A DNA stretch of 58,437 nucleotides, the filler included, from Platydemus manokwari (taxonomy: Eukaryota), in the NCBI GenBank assembly GCA_037951405.1. It is 5 parts of 5 records of this genome, joined end to end, with 100 filler letters (N's around TTAATTAATTAA, not from the genome) between each part and the next. Parts side by side here need not be neighbours in the genome. Positions count along the whole stretch, not along the records: positions 10,358 to 23,865 come from JBBMOY011700289.1; positions 23,966 to 34,347 come from JBBMOY011137994.1; 3 more parts are not named here. The stretch is one strand, 5' to 3'. The notes beneath the pieces are model-generated. The model was given only the letters and a program-made list of their open reading frames with translations. It searched no databases and had not been told where the DNA came from. Of this stretch, positions 12,011-25,895 are shown in pieces; position 1 is the stretch's first letter, and each line of letters starts with the position of its first letter. The position numbers were made by a program, and so were the translations under genes.

Positions 12011-12799
12011 ATCAATAGTAGCTACTTAAAATTGAAGATTCAATGAAAAAAATTCATTTATACGATTTTCGTAACTTAATTAGTAATACAAACAAACAAA
12101 GCATTTTTAAACCAATTCCCAGAGTCTTTTATTGATAATATATATAAATTATTTAAAATTACTTGATGTTAAATTTTTTTATAATTTAATAAAATTCTAA
12201 TATATTCTTTAGTTTTTGAAATTAGTATTAAATCATTAAAATTATCCATTTAATTTTTCTTAACAATCTTTAATAAAAATAAAATTAAAAATCATCTTTT
12301 ACTAAACGAGAGCAAAATTGAAGAGACTAAACATTTATTAAATAATTATCAATTAACTTTTTCTGTCATAGCCATCAATATAACAATACGAAAAAATAGT
12401 TACACTACGGATCAATCAGCATATAAACATAACAGCATCGAGTCCCTGCGAGCACTCAACATATAAAACATCTTGGCAACAATAGAGATGACACATACCG
12501 AGAACCAAGCATTAATACAATTAGCGACACAGTTAGAAAATGAGTTATCTTAAGTGATAATTAATCAAACTGAAATTGTTAAAATTCTGGAAAACATGAT
12601 ATACATTACAGCACTAATCAAAGTTCTAGAAAAGCTAGTACCATTTATAACCATCCAAATATGTATAGGTTAGAAATTCATGCTATAAGCAATAGCAATA
12701 AGACCCAAGAGCCAGTATCAATATTCATAGAAGCACCGCAATGCGTTGAGAAGTGGACAAATCAATATAGAATATTTACTAGAGTTATCCTTATAGAAC

Positions 12800-13110
12800 G
12801 CATTAAATATTTTAGAATAATAATATAATTAAATTTATTTTGTTACGACAATTTCTCATAAAATAACTCATTTTCTAATTTTGATCGATTGGTAATAGCT
12901 ATTATACACTTTACTTTACTGACACAATAGTGTAAACAATTATAGATTTCTTTCGTGGAATAGCAATTATGATTGCTTATGTAGAATAATTTCGAACTTT
13001 TTCTATAATTAATTATGAGTTTCTGATTGTAATATTTGTGGGCATTTTATGAGCAATTGTTTTTCTTTTATACTATTTTTCTTTTTAATTAATTATCATT
13101 TATATTTTAT
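12800..13110 (+). repeat. Dispersed repeat, copy 1 (partner at about 20170-20480)
   Basis: Collinear shared blocks, e.g. tttgatcgatt.gtaa, ttatacactt.actttactgacac.at.gtgta..caattatagattt and gtggaata.ca.ttatg. Confidence 0.8.
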
Positions 13111-13930
13111 TTATGCTATTTTTATTCAGCATCACTTTATTTAATAACAATATTGATATATTTTGGTTTCTCATTGTTTGTCATTTCAATTTCTTGTATA
13201 ATCATAGTCGACATTGCCGGAATTGATAAACAGAAGTGCACATTCCATTTGTCTATGGTAAGGTTGTTATAACGGTAAAAGATTATAATATTGTTTGAGG
13301 CTATTGCATTTCATTATATATTATATCCTATGGAAATACTGTAACTAGTTGGTTAATTTAGCATAGGGATAGGATCCTCGATTTGAATATTAAACCTTTA
13401 AGCATTGAGTCTTTTTCTATCCAGTGATAATTTAATTGATTAGTGGAGTCAGATCTATATTACCAGTTGTATGCGCTGAAGCAAACTTAATAAATATGAT
13501 TTCCGATTATTTAATTCTTTCTAACACAAATATAATGAAATAAAATTCATAATTTAATTGGTTTGACTTTCAAAAACTATAATAATTTCATTTCAAAAAG
13601 AATTTTTAAATTAATTAAAATGTATTTATATTGTCAGTTTATAATTAAAATATTTTGTTGATAATTAATTAATTATATATGAAAAGTGTGGAACTTGCAC
13701 ATACTAATATCATATTGAAGGAACTTTAACCAAAAAGTTTTTCATATACACAATCATTTGCTCAAATTATTTTTTTTACGTGATAAATAATTATTCTGCT
13801 TAGTATAAACAATTTTTAAATTAAGACAGTAAAGAATAAATATATTTGAAAGATTTTCTTTATATACAGAATCCATCTTAATGTTTGTTTATATAAGTGC
13901 AATTTTTAAGTTCATAATTAAAAATATAAA

Positions 13931-16900
13931 ATGTTGATTGAGAATGTGGATGATTTTGCTCTTTGGCTTGTTAATGAACTAACTGGACTGTTAGTATTAT
14001 TTCATTAAATAAAAGTGTTGAACCTATAAATAAATTTTGTTAGATCTGAAGCTGATCCTGAAACTTTGTCTAAATACGTAATAGCATTGCTTAAAAAAGA
14101 TAAATCGGAAAGTAGTTTACGCAAGATTTGCGTAGATCAGTTAAATGTGTTTCTGGCAGAAAGTTGTTTTGAATTAATTTTTTAATGTTAATTGGTTTAT
14201 AATGATTACAGAAACTAAAAAATTTATTGATGATGTTTTTGATTGTTTAAAGCATAAAAAGTTTTTGAAAAAATTAGATGTTAATAAACTCTCAGTTGAA
14301 AATGAATTGCTACCTAAATTTTTAGACAAAACTACAAGTAATTGATTGTCAAAGAAAAATAATTAGTTAAGGTTTATTAGAATTGGATAAAAGTCAATTT
14401 AAAACTAGTTCAAGCGATGAAGATATTTTACCAAATTTTCATAAGTATTCACCAACTTCAAAAGTTAAGAGTTCCGATGATGAGGATCGCAGAAACTTAG
14501 AGAATCGCCCATATTCAAAGCGTACTAGGGAACATTCGGCTTATAAAATGCACGAAGAAGCCAGAAAGAAAAAGCGTTATAACGAAGAAATTGATATGAA
14601 GGATAGACGATATCATTCCAGTAGGCATAAAAGCCATAAAACTAAGAAACATGTTTTTGACCGAATTGGTATAATTATTGAATATATTTGTATTATTTTA
14701 ATCTTAAATTTTCTATAATCATTTTTAAATATTTATTTTTTGAATAGTTTATATTAATTTCTGAATTCAAATAACTTGAAATGTTTTCAGATTATCCTCA
14801 TAAATACTTAGAACGAAATGACGAATCAAAATTGATAGATTATTCCAACGAGAAAAGATTATGGGATATAAAGACATCTTGTCCAGATTTTGTTGAAAAA
14901 GGAGTCTGTTTAAAAGGCGATTCCTGCGAGTTTGATCATGGATTGGACATTGTATATTTTATTTTGAAATTCTTCTAATGACAATTATACATTTTCAGGT
15001 CAGATCCGATATTAATTGTATTTATTCCGGTGCTACTATGCCTCAAAATGCTGTAAATTCAAATTGGCAACCAATCCCAATTAATCAAGGTACGTTTATA
15101 TCTAATTTACGATTTTTGAAATGAAAATAAATGTAAGTAATGAGATTTATAAACATATTTATTCAGCATGGGTTGATAAATTCACAATTGCAAAACCAAT
15201 TCAGAATATTGTATCATTAAAGAATGTCGAAAACAATCCTTATTCAGGTTGTGTTACACAAGATTCTAACAATAACAAAGATATTAGCGATATTTATGAT
15301 CCCAGTCATCCGGAAATTGATGGAGTTAAAATTTGATAAATATATTCGGGACAGATGTTATGATTTCATTTTCAGGCTGATGAGACTGACAAGATAAAAG
15401 TTGTCAATGATTCTGCACCAGTTTATGTACCAACTCAAGTAGAAAACAATCAGAATGAAAATCCATATTGGAAGGATATCGATGACAATCAAGCCAATAA
15501 TTATGAAGAGGGTTCCAAAGTTACAACTGTGATAGGAAGTGGTCATGGAAGACAGAGATATCAGAGAATAGTATCTCCTAGACGTGGTCGTTATAATCAT
15601 CATAATAATAATGACAACAGATACAACAGAAGACAAGGATCAGCACGATGTTTGCTTTTGACTCATATTCCATTGGAGATAAATGATGAATCTAGACTTC
15701 GACAACATTTCCGTGCTTTCGGCAAAGTTACTGACGTTCAAGTAGATGTGAAATTGGATAAAAATGATATTTTGACTTATTTGTTCAAGGTTGGATTCCA
15801 AGGTGATCAGCATCATGCATTAATAGAATTTGCCACCAATGAACATGCTCGAGCAGCATTTCGTTCTCCATTACCAATACTTGATAACAGATTTATCAGG
15901 ACGAGCTTATTTGCTCGATCTATAGATTCCAATAATTTAACCATTTGTAAAGATGCCAGTGATGATGAAAATAAGAAAAGGCGTAAAGTTGTTCAGTGCA
16001 ATGGTGCTGATAATGATTTGGTAATTAATTATCAATAATACAATTATTAATTATTAAATTTGATTATATTTTCATTGAATAATTTTATTGGGAAAATAAT
16101 TTATATTTTTGAATTTTTAAATGAATATTTATATAGGATTCATTATCAACTAGTGGTGAACCAATGGTGACTGGCCAATGGGGTCGACAGAGACGTTTCA
16201 GTGAAAATAATGATAACAGAAATGTTATCAATACAGATGAACCCAGAAGAATTGATGTGCGAGAGAATAAATGGCCAATTGCAAGTGATTTGAAATTAGA
16301 CAGAAGACCAAATGTATTTATTATTAATAATAATGATTGATTGATTGGTTAATGTGAATGATAATTGATTATTATAGGAACCAGAACCCAAACCAATTGG
16401 TAAACAAATTGAAGAAACCAAATCGAAATTTGTTGATGCTAAAAAGGATCGAGATAAAAAATTGCTTCGAGATGTAAGTGGAATGATAATATCAATGTTT
16501 TTTAATATAAATTTAATATGCTTGAGAGCTCTTTTCAAAAATATATAACAAAAATTCACTCAGTATTTCTTTTGATCAATTTCAATTGGATAAAATAAGA
16601 TAGGAATATATTTAGGAGTTGTTATTCTGTTCTGTTTATATATAATATCAAAATATAATCATCACAACACTGGTCTTATTCAAGATAACCCTGGTCTTAA
16701 TGAAATGAAATAAAAGTACTTTTCGAATACTCCAATGTGAGAATTATAAAAAACCTCAATGGATTCAGTGTCTTGGCCATTATTAACACTCAACCATTCT
16801 ATCTCTTGCTTGATTTGTCAATTACAATTCGATTATCTAACATTGTTGTTTGATTAGATTATTTGTCTTTGTTTTGATTTATCTGTTAACTAACAATTTT

Positions 16901-18744
16901 ACCTGCACTCGAATTATCTATAAAATAATTTTTAAAATATTTTTTATTAAATCACCAAATATTTTTTAAAATATAATAAAATATCTTGAAATAAGCCAAA
17001 AATAATTAATTAATGGGAAATAATATTGTTTGTTTTTAGCGACAAGAAATGAAAAATAGAATTGATCGGCTGGAAGAATCAGTTCAGTCATGTAAAAAGC
17101 GATTAAGAACTTTGTTAGAAGAACAAAAAAAACCCGATTGTGATCAGGAATTGATAAAAAGACAACTTCTTGAATCATATAATTATTTCAAGGAATTACG
17201 GGAAATGCTTGAATCTATTAAAAAGAAATTTGCATTATTGCCGGATTTGAGCGAGGAGGAAAAGGTATAAATTAGTTGTTTTATATAAATCAATTTAAGG
17301 TTAAAATTGAATAAAAACATTTTCTGAAAAGATGTCAATAAAATATCTTCATTGTTATTATGGATTTGTTTTGTTAATTTTATTGTTTCGCTATGATTTG
17401 TCAAGCTTTTATTCCGGCGATTTGTTTCATTTTATGACCGATTTTCTAGACATTGGGAACCTGATTTTATTTTAATTCAGCCTATCTTAACTCTGATTTA
17501 TATTTTTGTCCTTCATTTCTTTGCCTTTTTTTAGGATCACTTACGCTCTGGCGTTATTTCTTGGCCAATGTCTTCTTTCGCGATTCGTTTATTATTATTC
17601 CCTTTTGGTATAAACGATAAAATCAAATATTATCTATACGACTACAAGTGATAGCAGGGATAACTATTATGTTTAATAATAATAAGAATAGATATTATAT
17701 TGTATTTGTTTCCCTATAATCTCTTGGAGCTCTTCCTCTATAGGCATTTGATCATTAGGCCAAACAAATTGATTTGAAAATACTTAATTAATTATATAAA
17801 AATAATTATTACGTCGTAATTTTACAAAAAGTATCGTTTGATAATCATTCTTTAACCATTGGTATAAATTAATGACATATCAGCCCTTTGTTTTTTTATT
17901 TTATTGAATTGAAGCCATAACAATTTATCTACAGTTGATATTAAAATGATTTTAAAAAATCCAATAATTATTTGGAATGTTGAGATCCATTGTTTATAAT
18001 TGTTAATTTTTCAGTTAAAGTTAAAGATAAGGAATGTTCAGTCTGAGCTGGCTGATTTGGACAAAAATGAAGACAGGTATAGAAAACAATTGAAATCTAT
18101 TACAGACATGAAACGTGAAGTATGCATTATTCCCCAACCTTAAATATTAAAATTGATTTTACAGTTGGTTAAATTACAAACAATATCAAAGAAAACCATC
18201 AAACGGCATCCCAAACTTCCATCTATCGTCGAAACAAAATTAGACAATCGTCCTAAGACTCTTTATGTCACTGGAATAAGTGCTTCTGACAGTTTAGATG
18301 ATATGCGACAAATGTTCAAGGTGATTATTTCTGACAATCATTATATTAAAATTACATTGCATTTGTAGATTTACCAAGTAGAAAAACTTGAAAGTTCAGA
18401 TAACGATATTCTTTATTTCTCGATCAAATTCAAAACGCGCAAAGAAGCGGATAAAGTTTTTAAATTGTTGTTTTAAAATTTTTCAAAAATTCTATTTCCA
18501 CTTCAGGCTTTCAAAGAAATGACGAAAATGCTAAAAGAAAGGAATTTTTCTTTAAGTTTTGAGAAACCAATACCAGTTTGCGATCCTTTGGATTTTCAAA
18601 CCAGAGTAAATTGAAATTTTCAAAAATATATTCCGTTTATTTTTAATTTTTCAGCCAGTGATAGCCGAAACTCAGCGTGGAACACCTAGTCGAAGAGACG
18701 AATGCGCTAGTTCAGATGAAGATGATGAATCAAAAATGAATTAA
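13931..18744 (+). CDS. RBM26: RNA-binding protein RBM26/RBM27 homolog (PWI-like, CCCH zinc finger, two RRMs), multi-exon
   Basis: The N-terminus MLIENVDDFALWL../SEADPETLSKYVIALLKKDKSESSLRKICVDQLNVFL matches the RBM26/27 PWI-like domain. Also present: CPDFVEKGVCLKGDSCEFDHG (CCCH); RRM1 HFRAFGKVTDVQV/..ALIEFATNEHARAA..ILDNRFI; RRM2 LDNRPKTLYVTG; stop TAA at 18742-18744. Confidence 0.92.
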
Positions 18745-20169
18745 TATCTTTTAGTTATCATGTTTTATCGCAATTGACTTAGTTTAAATTATTTTCAATC
18801 TGTTTATATTTGTTTGAAGGTCTGTAAATACAACCTGCTGATTGAATGTAGAATTGAGAAATAAATACATTTCAAATAATAAATTAACCTGCTTCTTTTT
18901 ACAAGTGCACTGGATCATCGTTAAAATTGTATAAGTTAAATTTGAACGATTAAATTTATTAAAAACCATAATGAAATTGTTTAAAACAAACGTTAGAAAG
19001 TTATTATTTAATTTCACAAAATTCTAAAAATAAGTATTTCATCATTTATTAATTGTTAATGATCAAATTAAACTTGATTTATGAAATTAACTAATAAATA
19101 ATGTTTTATAGACAAAAATGCTAACATTCGTTTTCTATACTTTCCAAACATTTGTGGAAATGGTATTTATACAGACATTTCAAATACATTTAAATAATAC
19201 ATACCAATCAAATTTAAATTAATTAAAAATCATTCTAGTTGCCAAGGATTTATGTGACAAAACCTATACCTCTGAACCGAAACGAATTTCTGAAAACCAA
19301 TGTAAAAAATGATGAAATGATCAACACTTAGCATCTATAACGAGACACTCAATGATAGCAAAGGTGAAGAAAAATAACTGAACAACCCGTGAATATCTTA
19401 AAAAACATTTATTGTTGTTAACCATGTTAGGCTTATTAATAATAGTAACTACCAAAAAATAATATGCAATAGGATAGCAATGAGTACTCTACTGGCAACT
19501 TTTTGGGTTTCAATCACTCATTCACCTTTGAAGCCACTCCTCGAAAAAAAACATGCATCTGTGTTTGTGTAATATAAATTCGAGAATTTAGATTTTGATA
19601 TAACCAGTAACTAAATCATAAAATAATGGATAAAATTTCTCTGTGTAATTTGAAAATCAATTCGATATACGGATATGGCTTGCATTAAAAAGCAGATAAA
19701 AGTAGTATGTTTGTTTAAGTTGTTTATGTTTTGTAAGTTGTTTGGAGTCCGAAGGATTTTGGCTATTTTATAGTACTAGCTTTTATGGTGTGTCTGACTC
19801 CAAAGGCTCAGTAATTGCAATAATTTTAATATAAATAAATGAAAATATAAGAATATTATTATTAAATCACATGATGTACCTAATAATAATAATTGACAGA
19901 TCAATTACCATTGATTAAATCAGATATCAAATAATAATTATTGGGCGATAAATAATAATATTTTTTATTAACAATTATTGTTTTGAAATGAATTTTAATA
20001 GATCTTAAGATCCTTGTATTCAAGTTTAAGATAGTTGGGATCTTCAAAAGTAGTAACTATACAGATAAGATGGTCTGAATTCGAACTAGAACTAGATGAT
20101 TAATTAATGCGTGATTGGACGAGGTCCTAGCGACTTTTAATAAAATTATCATAGTAAAATGCATTAAAT

Positions 20170-20480
20170 CGTTAAGAATAATAATAATAAGATAAAATTT
20201 ACTTTGTTATTACAACTTTATAGAAAATAACTCTTCTGAATTTGATCGATTAGTAAGCGCTTTTATACACTTGACTTTACTGACACGATTGTGTAGGCAA
20301 TTATAGATTTTTTATGTGGAATAACAGTTATGGATTGCTTAATTGAAATATTTGTGAGCTTTTTATATGATTAACTATGAACCTCGAACTATAATAATAA
20401 TTCTTTTTCTTTTATTATTTCTCCTTTCCTTTTTTGACTAATTATAATTTTTTGTTATTTTTATATTTTGTATATATACT
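20170..20480 (+). repeat. Dispersed repeat, copy 2 (partner at about 12800-13110)
   Basis: Same orientation and collinear blocks as copy 1. Confidence 0.8.
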
Positions 20481-20865
20481 ATTTTTAGATCTTCAACTTC
20501 TTTTTGTCCTAATTTTAGTATTTTCTAATAATTCTATCTATATTTGGTATTAATAAATTTTATTTATATAATTTCTATTTTCGAAGTGTTTTGATGCTTT
20601 GTTTTCATAAAAAATGTATATATGATTTTATTTATTATTTATTTTAGGGAATTTGGTACTCAACATATTTTTGGTGGCTATTAGGAATCACTAACAATTA
20701 TTGATATTTAAAAGAATCGAAGATTGTGTTAAAGATTGTGGGTTGTTAATTTGTTGGGTAACCCCCTGGCATAACATTTTTTTGTACATACATAGTTTAG
20801 CACCACATACATTAAAAATACACATATATTACGTAATCGCTTTTATTATGAATGAAATAAATATT

Positions 20866-22000
20866 TGTTATGAGTGAGAAATTTGTCTGTGCCGACGAAG
20901 TGAGCAAATTCGGGAGATGTGCATCGACAGAGCAAATTAATAATAATATTAATAATAAAAAACGATAATGATTGCAAAGGGTAAGCACATAGATAGAAGA
21001 ATAAATAAAGCTATTAAATCAAAGAGGATTAAAATAAGGTCATTAGGATAAACAGTTAAATAACAAAATTAAAAGTAAATAAAATAAATAAATAAAGTAT
21101 AATAAAAATATGAAAGGTGCAAAATAAAGTTAAATTAAATTAATTAAAAAATAGGCACGAGAAAATAACTGATTAAATAAAAATCGTGAGAAAATAATTA
21201 ATCAAAGTGGACCAAATAAAACCATGAGAAAATAATCCGTTAAATGGGATCAAATAAAAAATTATGAGAAAAACTATCAGTTAAAATAAGCAGGATCAGA
21301 CGCCTATAAATACCAACGCTGGACATAGGTGAGCCACCATAACAATACACGGTGAAAACACAAAGAAATTTATTTCGATTCGAAAACTTTTACGTGACTA
21401 ATCGGACGAAGATAAGAAAGCCTCACTATTTGCGAAGATACACCAGCCTCATTTTTTTGTAGACAGAGCACTACATTATCCTTGATCGTCGATCATACCC
21501 TTAGAAATTATTTCATTGATCCAGCAGCGTCGGGAATTATTTTAACCATTTGGAATTTGAAAAGTAGTAAGGATCTTTTAAATTATAATTTCATTCACCT
21601 TTTTCAACGCTTACTCTTAATAATTAATAGTTAATCATAAAGTTAATAATCGTTAATATATTGTATTGCTTTGTCGATAATTAATATATTCCGCTTTTAT
21701 ATAATTCAAACTCTTCGTCCGTTCCACGGATTTCCCTGTTAATCACTGAAGTGAGGTACGGGGTATTTGGATTAAATTTTTGGTGTTTTCTTTTAATATT
21801 AACTGTTGAATTTCTGTCTTCTCAATTAATAAATATTTTTGAGATTTTGCATTTTAACTTTTAACTCAGTAATCCAAGTGACCAAGAAACCGCGTGAGAA
21901 CATATCATTATATCATACTAATTTGTTAACGGCCGTCATTGTAAAATATAATATCAAGCTGTTTATTATAGATTATTAATTAAAGCAGGTTTTCATAACC
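20866..22000 (+). mobile_element. Possible solo LTR
   Basis: Begins TGTTATGA and ends TCATAAC(C). It has internal repeats of about 34 nt (..gagaaaataa.., 21157-21290) followed by TATAAATA at 21305. No clear target-site duplication. Confidence 0.35.
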
Positions 22001-23865
22001 ACCTCATTATTTTTCAGGCCTAGAGCAACTCAGCTCCTCTGTGCTCAGTTATTAATTTAAAATCGAATCATTTTCATCACACCAGTTGCTAAAGCCCCTA
22101 GAACCAGTAAAATATAAAAATCAAGCGCAGACCCAAATAATGTTTAATAAATGTATTGGTTAGGTTGCGTTCAAATTAAAAATATGCGGTTTGTGAAAAT
22201 TATTGATCAATACTTATATCAGAAGAACACTTACTTATTTTATAATAATAGCACACTAAAATCTTTAACTTATCTGAACTCCATAGATACGACTGTTGCT
22301 ACTTTCTGTCACTAGGTATTATAATAGCAAAAAATATTTAAAATATAAATAATCAAAACAAATAAGTCAACATAATAAAATATATTCGATTAATTGTCAG
22401 ATAATTTTAAATTACTAAAGCCAAATACAAATTCTAATGTGATAATCAAAAGAATCCTCTAGAAAAAAGTACAGGGCGTGCTGCTTTGGTGCCAGACAAG
22501 CCTCTCTTAAAACATACAGTGGCGAACCAGAAGTTTAACTTATATAATTTTAGAGGACCCCGGGGTAAAGTAACAATAAATATGCTAATCATAATGTTAA
22601 AGCTGGAACAATTCGGAAATCACAAAAATAATAAATTTCTTCTGAATACAATGCGTTGGACAATAAAATCAAATATTCATACAATTTGAAATAATTGATT
22701 TTTTGATATAGCGAAATTGCTAGTAGATTTAAAATTGCTTTCAAAATTGTGTCGATAGAAAAGATCCAGATGTAAAATTGTGCGATAACTGACTATTGTC
22801 GTTGATTTATATACTGCTTAGAGTGCTTTGTGTGCATGCTCAAGCAATTTCTCTACTTTGGTTACTATTCTTCGCAACGCTTACACACCTATGCTAAATT
22901 TAGTTAAAAATCACAATTTTAGTTAACAGTTTCACTAAATTGGAGTGGTCTATTTTTAGAATTGGCGTAATTGCTAAAAATAGTTTATGGTGAAATTTTT
23001 TGCGACTTTGAGGTGAGATAACCAATATGATTTTTTTGAAGTATTTAAACAATTTAAATTTTTCATTTTATTTAAACATTATTTAATTTGTAATAATTTT
23101 TTTATAATTTTAATTTTTTGGGGTGTTGTTATTTTCCACAAATTATGTCTTATTTATTAAAATGTTGAGGATAAAACCCAATTCAAATAACGCATCAATC
23201 TAAAAACCCAATTCAAACAACACACCAATCTTAAAAACTCAATCTATGACCCAACACCCAATCCCATCAATCTCTAAACAAACGCAACACACCAGTCTAC
23301 TCAAACCCAATCCAATCTTACAATCCAAATCCCACCATACAATAACAATGTTCATCCTCTCCTAAAATCTAAACCCCATTATTATTCAATCATCCACAAC
23401 AACAATATTAACCCATCTAACCATCCAAATAAATATATTCACCTCTTTAATTATTTCCAATATCTATCCCAAGCTCCAAGCTCATGCGACTCTTCTACAG
23501 TCAAAAAACAATATTCCAAATCCAACATCGACAATTCCAGCAATTACTCAATATTCGAAATTCAACATAAACTATAATTCACATTTTAACATTGATTCTG
23601 ACATATTAACAATAATAAAATAAGAGTGTAGCAACAATAATATTAATAATAAGATAAGAATGATAATAATAACATAAAAATATTATAATAATAATAATAA
23701 CTGCAATAATAATAATAGTAAAATTTATTAGTATATAATAAAATATCTAATTTTATCTAATCTGAAAAAAAGAGCCGAGCTAAACAATGAAAGAATTCAA
23801 AATAGTAATATCACATTTTATTTTATCTGATCAGAAAAAGAAACATTTAACAAAGAAAGATAAAC

Positions 23866-23965
23866 NNNNNNNNNNNNNNNNNNNNNNNNNNNNNNNNNNN
23901 NNNNNNNNNTTAATTAATTAANNNNNNNNNNNNNNNNNNNNNNNNNNNNNNNNNNNNNNNNNNNN
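23866..23965. other. Artificial contig linker (N44-TTAATTAATTAA-N44)
   Basis: Identical 100-nt structure. Confidence 0.97.
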
Positions 23966-24036
23966 TTAATAAAAATATATTCGTTTGGATTTGTGTTCTT
24001 ATATGATATGTAGGCCTCAATGACTGAGCTAGATAG

Positions 24037-24600
24037 TCACTGGGTAGATAAGTCCTCAGGTGTGAGTTGAATATTTTCAAATGTTGATTCTAATATGGTG
24101 TCTATTTGTGGAGAATATTTATGTTCATCGTTATGTGATTTAAATGTTAGCGAGGTGCCCATAAAGCCGCAATGGCATAGAATTGTAAAGTCTGCGGGTA
24201 TGTCCTTATTGTGCTTGTCGGTATAGTGCTTTGTGACATTTTTCACAACTACATTCAGTCAACTCACTTTAGGAATATATCAGAAATATTTCTTCAAACT
24301 AATTACAAGAAAACAATATAATAATTGCTAGGTGTTAATGCAATAACTTTTGTCAAATTGATTATATTCTTGGAGATCAGAGGGATTCTGTTGATGGTGT
24401 AAAAAACTAACAATGCCATCGATGTAATATTATTCTGATTATATATAGTTATTTATGTGTTGGGTAGATCATAAATCAATCAAAAGGGTTATATGAACCG
24501 AGGAAATAACCCTAAAAAGGTTGACACACACAGATCCGATAAGCACATGTGCTGTCCACCACACAGATTCGTTTTAATATTAATCTATATTTAAAAGCTA
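24037..24600 (-). mobile_element. Decayed 5' ORF fragment, probably of a non-LTR (RLE-type) element, with C2H2-like fingers
   Basis: VKNVTKHYTDKH and CHCGFMGTSLTFKSHNDEH resemble tandem C2H2 fingers. Upstream RICVVDSTCAYRI weakly resembles an OTU-protease DGxCxYR motif. The region is disrupted. Confidence 0.4.
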
Positions 24601-25790
24601 AGAATCGACTGGCAGTCAACTCAAATATCTGCCAATAACAATAAATTTCAAGCAAACCGATCTACGAACAAATTCAGCAAATGGAAAACGAAGATCCGTG
24701 ACATCAATCAGACACAATCGATAGATCTATAAATTAGGTTGAGTTCAATAACTGCTGATCTTTTTTTGTCGGTAATCTTAAATTTGTGACTTTCAGTAAC
24801 CAGTCTTTTTGGTTGCTTTTTATTCTGTCTTTGACATTTGGGTGCTGATCCTAGCTTGTCTGATAGACTATCGTTGATTTTAATTGTAGTTGTTGTGATT
24901 AAGATTGTAAAGTTTTGGACAATATGATTTTCAAGTTTAAATTATTGATTAAAATCCCATATATGTAATATATGAACAATTTTGGTAATAAATTTCATTG
25001 AATGCATTTTTATTTAATGAATTTTTATTATTAATATATATGTTAAAAATTAAATTAAAAACAAAAAATCGACTATAATCGACTTCAGTTCTGACAGTGT
25101 AATATATATTGTAAGAATTATGACAAAAGAAAGAAGAATAAAGAGTCAATGAACAAAATATTGTACTCATAAAATACAACCATATTGAATGAAAAAAACA
25201 GTAAGTTAAGATAGGAAATTAACCACTCTCAAATAAAAAGAATTTTAATTTTATTATCAATATTTATGTGAAAAACACGAGGAGCAGTTTTGTTCATAGA
25301 TGTGTAACGATTTTTAACGACTCACATAGCTTTAGAATAATCCATATACACTACAAATAGCTACATTTTCATATTCAAGTTTGATTATTCAGCCATTACA
25401 TAAGAGTTTTTTGAAATAATCACGAAAATAAACAAACATCAATGGCAGCAATTATTATTTTGATTCTTGTTCATATAAATTAAGTTTTGTATTTACGTAC
25501 TTATTTTATTTTACGATCCGGTTGTTATTCAAAATACATGGTCCTGATAGAATTCAAAAATAAACAATAAAGATAAAGCAAATAAGTATGAGAGTTAAAG
25601 TAAAGAATAAGCAAATAAATGTAACATATGAGTAAATAATATTAAGCCAAAATATAAATATATAAACTAAATTAAAAGATATTTAAACACAATGAAATTA
25701 TATTGCTATTAATTACGAAATATTGAAAATAAAATACTTTTAGAGTTAAATTTATTATCAATAGAGCAAATATGGAATTCGTGAATAGAA

Positions 25791-25895
25791 ATAGCAATTA
25801 CCGATCATATCCGGTAATTGAAATAGATTATTGGGAATACAAAATTAATGATAGCAATTACCGACTGTATCCGGTAATTGGAAAGAATAATTGGG
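25791..25895. repeat. Two palindromic units at exactly 60-bp period (CAATTACCG-N8-CGGTAATTG)
   Basis: atagcaattaccgatcatatccggtaattg (25791-25820) and atagcaattaccgactgtatccggtaattg (25851-25880). Confidence 0.85.

Noticed and set aside
23160-23720. C/A-rich and (AAT)-rich stretch as a gene or telomeric repeat
   Set aside because: Low complexity with frequent stops; AACCC-like words are irregular and do not form a TTAGGG array.
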